Shown here piece after piece: positions 9,683-19,547 of a stretch of 64,000 nucleotides of DNA (its first letter is position 1; every line of letters begins with the position of its first letter). The DNA is from Bacteroidota bacterium. GTDB taxonomy: Bacteria; Bacteroidota; Ignavibacteria; Ignavibacteriales; Melioribacteraceae. The notes beneath the pieces are model-generated. The model was not told the DNA's origin, made no database searches, and saw only the letters and a list, made by a program, of their open reading frames with translations. The translations under genes and the position numbers were made by a program. The DNA is taken from positions 8,016-72,015 of the forward strand of contig JAKAMT010000001.1 in the NCBI GenBank assembly GCA_021812705.1, read 5' to 3'.

Positions 9683-11788
9683 TTACAGCGGTTTAATGCT
9701 AACAGCGCATCCGCCGCCCTCTGCCAGTTTTATCTTTAATATATCTTCAGAGGTAACCGGCTTCGTATAAATTTTATAGGCCATCGGATTTTTCTCCCAA
9801 TGTGCGTTATCTGCATCGGCATAAATTGTAGCGGTGTATTTTTTGTTCTTGTCTAAAAACGAAAGATTAATTTTTGCCGTACGTGAATTTTCATCGGTTA
9901 TGGCGCCGATGAACCAGTCATTTGTTCCTTTCGCTTTTCTGGCGGCAGTAATATAATCTCCCGGTTCAGCTTCAAGATATTTTGTATCATCCCAGTCAAC
10001 GGCAACATCCTTTATGAATTGAAACGCGTCGGGAAACCTCTCGTAATTTTCGGGCAGATCTGCAGCCATTTGAAGCGGGGAATACATTGTAACATAAAGC
10101 GCAAGCTGTTTTGCAAGAGTTGTGTGTACCTGTTCTTTTTTTTGCGGATCGTAATAATTCATTTTGATCTGAAAAATGCCGGGGGTGTAATCCATCGGTC
10201 CTCCCAGCAATCTTGTAAACGGAAGAATGGTTTCGTGTTCCGGAGGGTTGCCCCTGCTCCACGCGTTGAATTCATTTCCGCGCGCGGCTTCGGATGCAAG
10301 CCAGTTGGGATAAGTCCTGCTCATTCCCGTTGGTCTTGCGGGCTCGTGGGCATCGAGCATTAATTTATTCTCTGCAAGTTTCTGTGCAACGCGGATGTAG
10401 TGATTAACCATCCACTGTCCGTCGTGATATTCGCCGCGCGGAATTATTTTTCCCACATAACCTGTTTTAACAGCGGGGTATCCGAATTTTTTCATTAATG
10501 CATATGCCTCATCCATTCGCCTTTCATAATTTGTCGCCGAACCGGATGTTTCATGATGCATGATGAGTTTCACATTTTTTTCGGAAGCGTATTTTGAAAC
10601 TTCCGCTAAATTGAAATCGGGATAGGGAGTTACGAAATCGAAAACATCCTCTTTCCATTTACCGAACCAGTCTTCCCATCCTACATCCCAGCCCTCTATC
10701 AGCAAGCCCTCAATTCCGTTCTTGGCTGCAAAATCGATATAGCGTTTCGCCTTCTCGGTTGTGGCCCCGTGCTTTCCGTTCGGTTTTAAAGAATTCCAAT
10801 CCGTCAATGATAAATTCACATTGTTCAGATCAGCGTAATTCCAGGATGATTTTCCGACGTGCATTTCCCACCAGATGCCCATAAATTTCATCGGTTTAAT
10901 CCAGCTCACATCTTTAATCTTCGACGGCTCATTAAGATTTAAAATCATTTTCGAGTCAAGCAGATCGACAGCGTTCTTTGACGCAAGAACTGTCCGCCAT
11001 GGTGTGCTGCATGGCGTTTGCATGTATGCTTTATTGCCAACCGCGTCGGGAACAAGATGTGATTTTAAAACGAAATTTGTCTGGTCTACTCTGATCTGCA
11101 TTGCAGGGTAATTATTGAGCGCAGCTTCAAAAATATTTATATAATAACCGTCGTCGGATTTCATCGTCAGCGGAGTCTGGACATAATTTTTTCCGATAAT
11201 GCTTCTTACAGAAATTTCAGTTATTGTTTTTCCGATAGTCGCATCAATTCCGCTCAACCGGGTTTTCGTATAAAAGTATTCGTTTGAATCGTAATCACCC
11301 GGAATCCAAAAAGCTGTATTATCCTCTGCCACATTGAACTGCGTCAATTCATCAGTGATTGTAAAGTAGTTCAGATTATTCTGCATCGGGAATTCATAAC
11401 GGAATCCGAGCCCTTCATTAAAGATCCGGAACCGGAGAATGATAAATCTGTTTTTTACATCGGACTGCTGAAGCGTAACGGCCAGTTCGCGGTAGTGATT
11501 ACGGATAGTTTTTACTTCACCCCAGACGGGATTCCACGATTCATCAACCAGAGAAGAATCTGTCTTTACCACTGAAAAATTCTTAACAAAAGAAGGCTGG
11601 TCGGCCAATTGAATTCCGAGCTCGCTATTTTTAATAATTGTTTTTTCTCTGGAGTAAAGAGTGTAAATCGGAACCCCTTCGGGATTAATTGAAAAAGTAA
11701 GAGTTAGCTTTCCGTCGGGCGATTTGATTGTCTGGGCAAAACAGTTTATGCCCGCCGCCAGTAATATTGAAAGCAATAATTTTTTCAT
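9683..11788 (-). CDS. Glycoside hydrolase family 97 (SusB-like alpha-glucosidase/alpha-galactosidase)
   Basis: 701 aa with a signal peptide. The N-terminal SPDGKLTLTF... beta-sandwich and the central GIEGLLIEGWDVGWE / IMHHETSG barrel motifs match my recollection of GH97. Confidence 0.85.
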   Translation of the reverse strand: MKKLLLSILLAAGINCFAQTIKSPDGKLTLTFSINPEGVPIYTLYSREKTIIKNSELGIQLADQPSFVKNFSVVKTDSSLVDESWNPVWGEVKTIRNHYRELAVTLQQSDVKNRFIILRFRIFNEGLGFRYEFPMQNNLNYFTITDELTQFNVAEDNTAFWIPGDYDSNEYFYTKTRLSGIDATIGKTITEISVRSIIGKNYVQTPLTMKSDDGYYINIFEAALNNYPAMQIRVDQTNFVLKSHLVPDAVGNKAYMQTPCSTPWRTVLASKNAVDLLDSKMILNLNEPSKIKDVSWIKPMKFMGIWWEMHVGKSSWNYADLNNVNLSLTDWNSLKPNGKHGATTEKAKRYIDFAAKNGIEGLLIEGWDVGWEDWFGKWKEDVFDFVTPYPDFNLAEVSKYASEKNVKLIMHHETSGSATNYERRMDEAYALMKKFGYPAVKTGYVGKIIPRGEYHDGQWMVNHYIRVAQKLAENKLMLDAHEPARPTGMSRTYPNWLASEAARGNEFNAWSRGNPPEHETILPFTRLLGGPMDYTPGIFQIKMNYYDPQKKEQVHTTLAKQLALYVTMYSPLQMAADLPENYERFPDAFQFIKDVAVDWDDTKYLEAEPGDYITAARKAKGTNDWFIGAITDENSRTAKINLSFLDKNKKYTATIYADADNAHWEKNPMAYKIYTKPVTSEDILKIKLAEGGGCAVSIKPL

Positions 11789-11853
11789 AATTCAGCCTCT
11801 TGAAAATTTTATGCCCCAACCTTAAAAAAATAATAAATTATTAAATCACACAT

Positions 11854-13488
11854 TTAGTAAGGCTTAGATTTAATTTCTACAGCGTTAAGAATTTTTGAGA
11901 CAGGATAAGGCAAAAATGCCCCGCCCCATTGCGGCACTAAATATTTATCCCAGTAATTCCAGAACAACAGCCCGTCATCTGTTTCGGGTTCAAGCAGATA
12001 CGCTGCAACGTTTGCGAGCGGCTGCGCGGTTCGAATTAACAGACTGCCTGCGGGAAATTCTTTTTTCTCGTTTATATAATCAACTTTTATCGAGTTGTTG
12101 TAATGCCCCTGATTCAGTCTGGCCGCGGGTTTAAGTTCCTTAATCTTATATGTCTGAACATCAAGAGTGGCTGCGCTTTCAAGTTTCTCAATTTTAATTC
12201 CGTGAGCCTGCAAAAGAGTTACAACTTTGGAATCCGGAATAGAAATGATATACGCATACGGAAACTGTACGCCCCGTTTCAGAAAATAATCTGCAAAGTA
12301 AGGGACGGAAACTTTATTCACTTTGTTTGTTGGTTTTAATCTGTCCCGGCCGTTAGCGTCTTTATATGATTCCATAACGTAGGCGTTTATAACCTCCGGT
12401 GTGGGTGTTGGTTTTTCGACAAACTCTACCGCGAAAGAATCTTTCGCAGCCGGATTCATTCCGCGCGCAACCGTTCTCTCATCGGCATTTTTAATAAGAG
12501 ATTTAATTTCATCCTTATTGGCGGAAGCATAGTCTAAAACTGCTCTCAGAAGGCTGTAGCATCCAAGCACACGAGTTTTAAAATCTGCGTAGACATAATT
12601 TTCGTTTAGTATGGAAAGGCGGTTTCTAAGACCGATATAATTAACTATGTAACGTGGTTCAAATGCGTATGAATCCCATCCCTTGCTGGGGTCGCGCATA
12701 TCGCGGAACTCTCCGTAAAAAACATTAGGTGTGTTATATTTTTCATTTAATGTGGTCTTGAGCCACGGACACATTTTGTCGCGCATATAATTGATTAGAA
12801 ATCTGTCTGTGTTCCCGTTCATCATCCATGTGTAAGTGAGCGGCTCTGTGTGATACGAACCGTTTGTTGTATGAAGATCCATCATAATTTCGGGATCGTA
12901 TTTTTTCAGAATATTGGTAATCATTCCGTAAACTTCGGGGGTTTCAACCTTCATCGCGTCACGGTTAAGGTCCAGCATTTGTCCGTTGTGGCGCACGCCC
13001 ACGCCGTTTAGCGGACCGTTCTGATTGGTCCTGTTTTGCTTGCTGATCTGCTCGTTGCCGTCAATGTTAAAGATGGGACAGATGAGGAGAATAACGTTTT
13101 TCAAATAATCGGGAGTCTCTTTTAAAAGTATATCACGCGCAAACATTTGGATTGCTTCTTTCCCTTCAACTTCGCCGGCATGAATATTTGCCTGCACGTA
13201 AACCACAATCCGTTTATCTTTACCAAGATTCTTGCCCGATTTAACGGCCGGTTTTCCCATTACTATAAGGGGAATGTCTCTCCCTTCAATGCTTTTGCCT
13301 ATCGATTCTATTTTTATGTTCGGAGAGATTTTTTTCAGCTGCTTGAAGAAACCGACAACATCGGAATATTTTGACGTTGATTCGAAATTTGTTTTTTCGG
13401 CAGTGGTTAGAATTTTTTCTTTCGGTGATGAAGAAAGAGTTATTGCCGTGAAAAGAAAAATCAGAAGAGATATTATTCCAGATTTCAT
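11854..13488 (-). CDS. M14-family zinc carboxypeptidase-like metallopeptidase, secreted
   Basis: Signal peptide. HAGEVEG (HxxE zinc ligands), LNRD substrate-binding motif, and a later DLHT histidine. Confidence 0.8.
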   Translation of the reverse strand: MKSGIISLLIFLFTAITLSSSPKEKILTTAEKTNFESTSKYSDVVGFFKQLKKISPNIKIESIGKSIEGRDIPLIVMGKPAVKSGKNLGKDKRIVVYVQANIHAGEVEGKEAIQMFARDILLKETPDYLKNVILLICPIFNIDGNEQISKQNRTNQNGPLNGVGVRHNGQMLDLNRDAMKVETPEVYGMITNILKKYDPEIMMDLHTTNGSYHTEPLTYTWMMNGNTDRFLINYMRDKMCPWLKTTLNEKYNTPNVFYGEFRDMRDPSKGWDSYAFEPRYIVNYIGLRNRLSILNENYVYADFKTRVLGCYSLLRAVLDYASANKDEIKSLIKNADERTVARGMNPAAKDSFAVEFVEKPTPTPEVINAYVMESYKDANGRDRLKPTNKVNKVSVPYFADYFLKRGVQFPYAYIISIPDSKVVTLLQAHGIKIEKLESAATLDVQTYKIKELKPAARLNQGHYNNSIKVDYINEKKEFPAGSLLIRTAQPLANVAAYLLEPETDDGLLFWNYWDKYLVPQWGGAFLPYPVSKILNAVEIKSKPY

Positions 13489-13631
13489 ATAGGGCTCATT
13501 TTTTATTTGAAGAAATTGCCGCTCTCAATTCGGCGGACAGAAATTTACGAAAAGTTATTATCGGTTAAAATCTAATCCTGCTTTTAGTTAAATTTTACAG
13601 TGGATTTTTAACTATTAGTGAAAGGGAAAGA

Positions 13632-13991
13632 ATGTCGCATAAAAAACTGAATCAGATTCCAAAAGAAAAAATATCTGCCGGCGAAGGCGCTTCAAAGCAG
13701 GTTCTGATCGGTTCGGAAGAGGGACCGAATTTTGCAATGCGCAAATTTACAATTGAACCGGGCGGCTTCATGCCGATGCACACTAATAGTGTTGAACATG
13801 AACAGATTGTTTTGAACGGACGGGCAAACGTAATAATAGGAAACGAATCTTTCGAAGCGGCAAAAGACGATGTGGTTTACATTCCGGCAGGAGTGCCGCA
13901 TTCATATAAAACAATAGGCAATCAGCCGTTTGAATTTCTGTGCGTCATTCCGAACAAGGAAGACATAATGGAAATTGTAGAAAAGAAGTAA
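13632..13991 (+). CDS. Cupin-domain protein
   Basis: 119 aa with MPMHTNSVEHEQIV...IPAGVPHSY, the two cupin His-containing motifs. Confidence 0.8.
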   Translation: MSHKKLNQIPKEKISAGEGASKQVLIGSEEGPNFAMRKFTIEPGGFMPMHTNSVEHEQIVLNGRANVIIGNESFEAAKDDVVYIPAGVPHSYKTIGNQPFEFLCVIPNKEDIMEIVEKK

Positions 13992-14022
13992 AAAGTATTG
14001 CGTTATATATTTGGAGGAAAAA

Positions 14023-14991
14023 ATGAAAAAAAGAAAACTTGGAAACAGCGATCTGAACATCTCTGTTCTGGGACTGGGCTGCATGGGAATGTCTGAGTGG
14101 TACGGACCCAGAAACGACGAAGAGTCCGCTGCAACAATCATCGAGGCGTTGAATCGCGGAATAAATTTTTTTGATTCGGCAGATGTTTACGGCAACGGCC
14201 ACAATGAAATTTTGGTAGGAAAAACTTTAAAAGAGAGAAGAGACGAAGCTGTAATTGCAACAAAATTCGGCTTTCTTCCCAACGAAGCGGGAATAAGCGG
14301 AAGACCCGAATATGCGAGAAGAGCCTGCGACGCTAGTCTCAAACGGCTGGGGATTGAGCAGATAGATCTTTATTATCTCCACCGTGTTGACCCTGCCGTG
14401 CCGATAGAAGAAACAGTCGGTGCAATGGCGGAGTTGGTAGCCGAAGGAAAAATAAAATATATAGGGCTTTCAGAGGCGTCCGCTTCAAGCATACGGCGCG
14501 CTCATAAAATTCATCCCGTTACGGCTCTGCAGACCGAATATTCAATCTGGGTGCGCGATATTGAAAATGAAATTTTGAAAACCTGCCGCGAATTGAATAT
14601 CGCCGTTGTTCCCTACAGTCCGCTCGGAAGGGGATTCCTGACCGGCAAAGTGAAAGACAGAAATCAGTTTGACGAAAACGATTTCAGAAAAAAAGTGCCT
14701 CTCTTCGACGAAGATAATTTTAAAGTGAATATGAAAATCGTTGAAGCGGTTGAAAATATTGCCGCAGAAAAAAAATGCACACCAAGCCAGATTGCACTTG
14801 CGTGGATCTTTTCTAAAGGAGAAGATCTTTTCCCGATCCCCGGAACAAAGCGGAGAAATTATCTTATCGAAAATATTAATTCGCTCGATATCAATTTGAG
14901 CACCGAAGAATTGACCAGGATCGATTCTCTTGCGGCGCAGATTAAAGGCGAAAGAAAAAGCGAAAGCGGAATGAAATTGGTAAACGGATAA
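14023..14991 (+). CDS. Aldo/keto reductase
   Basis: LGLGCMGMS, FDSADVYGNGHNE, DLYYLHRVD, IGLSEAS, PYSPLGRGFLTG. Start moved to the ATG at 14023, which is preceded by GGAGG (14013-14017). Confidence 0.93.
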   Translation: MKKRKLGNSDLNISVLGLGCMGMSEWYGPRNDEESAATIIEALNRGINFFDSADVYGNGHNEILVGKTLKERRDEAVIATKFGFLPNEAGISGRPEYARRACDASLKRLGIEQIDLYYLHRVDPAVPIEETVGAMAELVAEGKIKYIGLSEASASSIRRAHKIHPVTALQTEYSIWVRDIENEILKTCRELNIAVVPYSPLGRGFLTGKVKDRNQFDENDFRKKVPLFDEDNFKVNMKIVEAVENIAAEKKCTPSQIALAWIFSKGEDLFPIPGTKRRNYLIENINSLDINLSTEELTRIDSLAAQIKGERKSESGMKLVNG

Positions 14992-15006
14992 ATTAGAGGA
15001 AAACAA

Positions 15007-15297
15007 ATGGAATTTGTAGTTATAGGTTATGACGGAACAGACGAAAAAGCACTGGAGAGAAGAATGGCCGTGCGTGAAAAACATCTGAAGAATGCGCAGA
15101 AGATGCATGACTCCGGAAATTTGCTTTATGCAATGGCAATACTAGACGACAACGAAAAAATGATCGGCTCGGTAATGATCTGCGATTTTCCCTCAAGAAA
15201 AGATCTGGAAGATAACTGGCTTAAGAATGAAGTTTATGTTACAGGTAAAGTCTGGGAAAAAATCAGTGTTCACAGAGCAAAAGTAGCTAAACATTAA
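15007..15297 (+). CDS. YciI-family protein
   Basis: 96 aa. R..H...... pattern (REKHLKNAQKMHDSGNLLYA) and C-terminal DPY-like VYVTGKVWEK, typical of YciI-like dimeric alpha-beta barrel proteins. Confidence 0.75.
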   Translation: MEFVVIGYDGTDEKALERRMAVREKHLKNAQKMHDSGNLLYAMAILDDNEKMIGSVMICDFPSRKDLEDNWLKNEVYVTGKVWEKISVHRAKVAKH

Positions 15298-15324
15298 TTA
15301 TGACAATTAAATAAAGGGGCTGCG

Positions 15325-16428
15325 GTGAAAAAACATTTTTATACGGCAATCGTTTTTCTTTTCTTCTGCTTCTCTTTAATAATGCCGCAGAATAATTCAA
15401 TGAAACAAGAGATGAATTTAAAATTGAACGAAAAAGTTGCCGCCGGATTTGCAAATCTCGCGCTGAAGTGCGTACAGAAAGAATACCCAAACAAACTTGA
15501 TCACGTGATGAATAACGCAAAGGAAGTTCTTTCTCCCGCGGCGATGCACCCCGCTTTCTACGGCTGCTTCGATTGGCACTCTTCCGTTCACGGTCATTGG
15601 CTTTTAGTTAGGATATTAAAAAATTTCCCCGGCATTGAAAATGCTGCCGCAATAAGAAAAGCGCTCAACGAAAATTTATCGGCAGAAAATATTAAGACCG
15701 AAGTCGAATATCTGAATCAGGGGAACAGAAAATCTTTTGAACGCACTTACGGCTGGGCATGGCTTTTAAAATTGAAAGAGGAATTGACCGGATGGAACGA
15801 TGCGGACGGACAAAAATGGAACAAAAATTTAGAACCTCTCGCAAACGCATTGGTTGAAAGTTACATAAGTTTTCTCCCCAAACAGAATTATCCGATCCGT
15901 ACCGGAGTACATCCCAACACGGCGTTTGGTATTGCGTTCGCGCTGGATTACGCCCGCAAAACAAAGAATGAAAAATTTGAAAAACTTTTAATAGAAAGAT
16001 CTTTGGCATATTATAACGCAGATAAGAATTACGATCCAAAATGGGAGCCGGGCGGCGAAGACTTTTTTTCACCCGGTTTGATAGAGGCCGATCTGATGAG
16101 AAGAATTTTAAAACCGGACCGGTTTGTGAAATGGTTTAAAAATTTTATTCCGGCTATCAACAAATCGAAAAATCTTCTAGAGCCTGCTGTAGTTTTAGAC
16201 AGGACAGATCCCAAACTTGTTCACCTGGACGGATTGAACTTAAGCAGGGCATGGTGTATGGCCGGGATAGCGTCACAGCTTTCCGAAACAGACCCGTTAA
16301 AAAAAATTCTGCTGGACTCGTCAAAAAAACACGCCGAAGCAGGATTGGCGAATATAACGAGCGGAAATTATGAAGGCGAGCATTGGCTGGCTTCTTTCGC
16401 GGTTTATCTTCTTTCCGAAATGAAATAA
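15325..16428 (+). CDS. DUF2891-family protein, secreted
   Basis: GTG start and a signal peptide. The motif HPAFYGCFDWHSSVHGHWLLVR matches my recollection of DUF2891. Confidence 0.65.
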   Translation: MKKHFYTAIVFLFFCFSLIMPQNNSMKQEMNLKLNEKVAAGFANLALKCVQKEYPNKLDHVMNNAKEVLSPAAMHPAFYGCFDWHSSVHGHWLLVRILKNFPGIENAAAIRKALNENLSAENIKTEVEYLNQGNRKSFERTYGWAWLLKLKEELTGWNDADGQKWNKNLEPLANALVESYISFLPKQNYPIRTGVHPNTAFGIAFALDYARKTKNEKFEKLLIERSLAYYNADKNYDPKWEPGGEDFFSPGLIEADLMRRILKPDRFVKWFKNFIPAINKSKNLLEPAVVLDRTDPKLVHLDGLNLSRAWCMAGIASQLSETDPLKKILLDSSKKHAEAGLANITSGNYEGEHWLASFAVYLLSEMK

Positions 16429-16471
16429 AAAAATCGTAAAATGATAAATCAAAAAACTTAACGGTGAAGAG

Positions 16472-17104
16472 ATGAAAAAAATATTTTTTGCTCTCATGTT
16501 TGTTTCGTCGATTGCATCAGCGCAGGATCTGATGGCAATACTTCTACCGGCTCCTCAAAGGGAGATCGGCAAACCTTTGATGCAGGCTTTAACCTTGCGT
16601 CAGTCGTCTAGAGTGTTTGATACAAAACCACTTCCGATGCAGGAACTTTCAAATTTATTGTGGGCCTCATGCGGCATAAACCGTCCCAATGCAGGCAAGC
16701 GCACCGCGGCCTCGGCGCGCAACTGGCAGGAGATTGATGTCTATGTTGCCTTGCCGGAGGGAGTTTACGTTTACAATGCGGCTTCAAATTTGCTTGAACC
16801 AGTGGTTAAAGGAGACTTGCGAGCATTATTCGGAGTGCAGGATTTTGTGGCAACCGCGCCGGTCAATCTTCTTTATGTTTCCGATTTTGCAAAGATTAAA
16901 TCGAACGACAGCGATGAAACAAAATTAATTTTCACTTCTGTGAGCGCGGGACTGATGGCGCAGAATGTTTATCTCTACTGCGCCTCTCAAAATCTTTCAG
17001 TTGTGCTGAGAGGATTGATTCCAAAAGAGAAACTGGCGGCGGCAATTAAATTAAGACCTGAACAGAAAATTCTTATAAGCCAGACGGTTGGATATTCCAA
17101 GTAG
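16472..17104 (+). CDS. Nitroreductase-family protein with signal peptide
   Basis: RQSSRVFDTKPL...LLWASCGINRP...RTAASARNWQEIDVYV pattern of the nitroreductase/SagB-like fold. Confidence 0.7.
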   Translation: MKKIFFALMFVSSIASAQDLMAILLPAPQREIGKPLMQALTLRQSSRVFDTKPLPMQELSNLLWASCGINRPNAGKRTAASARNWQEIDVYVALPEGVYVYNAASNLLEPVVKGDLRALFGVQDFVATAPVNLLYVSDFAKIKSNDSDETKLIFTSVSAGLMAQNVYLYCASQNLSVVLRGLIPKEKLAAAIKLRPEQKILISQTVGYSK

Positions 17105-17147
17105 ATTTCTTGGAGGATTATAAATAATCGGCACAGAGAATTGTAAA

Positions 17148-17882
17148 ATGAATTATTTTTTATTTATGGACGAAAGCGGCGATCATGGGCTTGGAAGCAT
17201 CGATCCACATTTTCCGGTTTTTGTTCTTTGCGGTGCGTTGATGTCGGAGGCAAATTATAAGATTTTGGAATTAAAACTGACCGAAATTAAAAAGAAATTT
17301 TGGGGAGATAAAAAAGTAATAATTCACTCGAGCGATATTAGAAAGTGCGAGAAAGAGTTTCAGATATTATTTGATCTTGATATTAAGAAAGATTTTTATG
17401 CATCAATAAATAATTTGATTACAGAACTAAAGTATACAATTATTTCGGCTGCTATTAATAAGCATAAGTATATCCAAAAATATGGAAAGCTTTCTGATGA
17501 TGTTTATGAAATATCCCTGTCCTTCTTGATTGAGCGTTCAATATTTTTTTTGGACGAAATTATCGGTCTCAATAAGAAATTGAAGATTATTATAGAAAAA
17601 AGAGGCAAAAAAGAAGACAAAAAGTTAGACGACCATTTTCAGAAATTATCCTCCAGGGGAACGGGTTTTGTTACTGCCGAAAGATTGAAAAACTATGGCT
17701 TGGAAATAGAATTTTACAACAAACGGGATAATATAGCAGGATTACAGTTAGCCGATTTGCTTGCCTATCCGATTGCACGATATGTTATTGATCCTCAAAG
17801 AGCCAATCCCTCTTTTGATATATTGTCTAAAAATTTCTATAAAAAGGGAAGCAGGTTGTTTGGATTAAAGGTCTTCCCATAA
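17148..17882 (+). CDS. DUF3800-domain protein
   Basis: N-terminal FMDESGD acidic motif and late LQLADLLAYPI, both as I recall for DUF3800. Visibly AT-rich coding sequence. Confidence 0.75.
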   Translation: MNYFLFMDESGDHGLGSIDPHFPVFVLCGALMSEANYKILELKLTEIKKKFWGDKKVIIHSSDIRKCEKEFQILFDLDIKKDFYASINNLITELKYTIISAAINKHKYIQKYGKLSDDVYEISLSFLIERSIFFLDEIIGLNKKLKIIIEKRGKKEDKKLDDHFQKLSSRGTGFVTAERLKNYGLEIEFYNKRDNIAGLQLADLLAYPIARYVIDPQRANPSFDILSKNFYKKGSRLFGLKVFP

Positions 17883-17891
17883 AAGCAAAAA

Positions 17892-17917
17892 GCCAAGAAC
17901 TGCATCTTGGCCTTTTG
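17892..17917 (+). terminator. Intrinsic terminator after the DUF3800 gene
   Basis: GCCAAGA (17892-17898) / TCTTGGC (17905-17911) stem with a 6-nt loop, followed by CTTTTG. It lies 10 nt after the stop codon. Confidence 0.7.
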
Positions 17918-18172
17918 CCGACCGGGGACACCCCAATCCAATAAAAATCTCTTAACAAATATAATCCAGGCATGAGATAACTTCAATACTGAATTGTATA
18001 AAATGTGACGAAAAAAGTAATGAGAGTGTCAAAATTATACATTAAGAAAATTTCGTCTATTCAAAAAACATTAATTCCGGGAAGGTTTTATCGGGATAAT
18101 TGAGTCGGTATTTCTGAGGATTGCTTTATATATTTCAATAATAGAAAATTTTATAAATAATCAGGGCGAATA

Positions 18173-19516
18173 ATGAGCAAATTCAAATTCGTTATTAAAC
18201 GCAGCGGCGCAGTGGTTCCATTTAACCCCGACCGCATTTCAAATGTAATCTATAGAGCGGCAGTTTCAGTCGGCGGGCGCGATAAAGAGAAAGCTTCCGA
18301 ACTGGCAAAACAAGTGATCGTAATGCTGGAAGAAAAATTTGAGGAAGGATACAAACCGCATGTTGAGGAAATTCAGGATATAATTGAAAAAGTTTTGATA
18401 GAGAACGGACACGCAAAAGTTGCAAAGGAATTTATTCTCTACCGCGAAGAAGCCGCCCAGAGAAGAAGAGAAAACTCGCGCCACTTTTCAAAACCGAATG
18501 AATTGATCCCCTGGAAAAAAGTGTGGCGCTCTTTGGACTGGGCTGTGTCGCATGATCTTAACACTGTAGAAGGAATAAATTCAAGAATCAGAAGAGGCCA
18601 GTTTCCGCAGCTGGTTCACGAAGCGGAATCCTTTTATGAAACCCAGCTGGATACGGCGGCGGAATTAATTAAAGAAAGATCCGCAGAACTTAAAATGGTT
18701 ATGGTTAGCGGTCCTTCTTCCTCCGGAAAAACAACAACTACTGTTAAACTTGAACAGCGACTGAATAAAATGGGAATGAAATTCGTAGCCCTGGTTGTTG
18801 ATAATTATTTCTTCGACCTCGAAATGCACCCGAAAGATGAATTCGGAGATTATGATTTTGAAACACCGCAAGCGCTGGATCTCGACCTCATCAACGATCA
18901 CTTAAAACGCCTCGCCGCAGGAGAAGAAGTTTTAATTCCTTATTACGATTTTAAAAACGGAAAACGTTTCGATAACCGCACCCCGCTTAAGCTCAACGAG
19001 AATGAAGTCCTCCTAATCGACAGCCTGCACGGACTTTTTCCCGAGTTCAGCCGCGAAATTCCGGCCGCCCAGAAATTCAAATTGTATCTTGAACCGCTCT
19101 TGCAAATGAAAATGCCGGACGGACAATATATCAGATGGACAGATCTGCGGCTTATAAGAAGAATGTTGCGCGATTCCGTTCACAGAGCTTATAATCCAGA
19201 GCAGACCTTGCTTCACTGGCATTATGTGCGCTCTTCAGAAAAGAGAAATATTCTTCCTTACAGCGGCACAGCGGATTATATCGTTAATACCTCGATGCCT
19301 TTTGAAGTTCCGATCTACAGACCCAAAATGCTCTCCTTATTTAAAGAGTGGGAGAAAAAATATCAGGGCGATCCGCTTAGAGAAGATGCCTTCACAAGAG
19401 CATCGCGCGTAAGAAAAATGCTTGAAGCAATTGAACCGATGGAAGATGATTCCTCAATTCCGGGAGACTCCGTGCTGCGCGAATTTATAGGCGGAAGCAC
19501 TCTTAATGTTCACTAA
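18173..19516 (+). CDS. ATP-cone domain fused to a uridine-kinase/PRK-like P-loop nucleoside kinase
   Basis: N-terminal ATP-cone (VIKRSGAVVPFNPDRISNVIYRA...). P-loop VSGPSSSGKTTTT and FETPQALDLDLINDHLKRLAAGEEVLIPYYDF, typical of Udk-like kinases. Confidence 0.8.
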   Translation: MSKFKFVIKRSGAVVPFNPDRISNVIYRAAVSVGGRDKEKASELAKQVIVMLEEKFEEGYKPHVEEIQDIIEKVLIENGHAKVAKEFILYREEAAQRRRENSRHFSKPNELIPWKKVWRSLDWAVSHDLNTVEGINSRIRRGQFPQLVHEAESFYETQLDTAAELIKERSAELKMVMVSGPSSSGKTTTTVKLEQRLNKMGMKFVALVVDNYFFDLEMHPKDEFGDYDFETPQALDLDLINDHLKRLAAGEEVLIPYYDFKNGKRFDNRTPLKLNENEVLLIDSLHGLFPEFSREIPAAQKFKLYLEPLLQMKMPDGQYIRWTDLRLIRRMLRDSVHRAYNPEQTLLHWHYVRSSEKRNILPYSGTADYIVNTSMPFEVPIYRPKMLSLFKEWEKKYQGDPLREDAFTRASRVRKMLEAIEPMEDDSSIPGDSVLREFIGGSTLNVH

Positions 19517-19547
19517 AATTTGAACACGCATTTTAAGCGAGGAGAAT

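Noticed and set aside
14542-15108. 188-aa minus-strand ORF spanning the end of the aldo/keto reductase gene and the start of the YciI gene
   Set aside because: It overlaps two well-supported plus-strand genes and has a Phe/Ile-rich nonsense-like sequence.
17883-18172. Possible riboswitch or small ORF in the long spacer upstream of the ATP-cone kinase gene
   Set aside because: I could not recognise any known riboswitch core. The longest ORF is about 27 codons with no RBS. It is kept only as a note under the DUF3800 finding.
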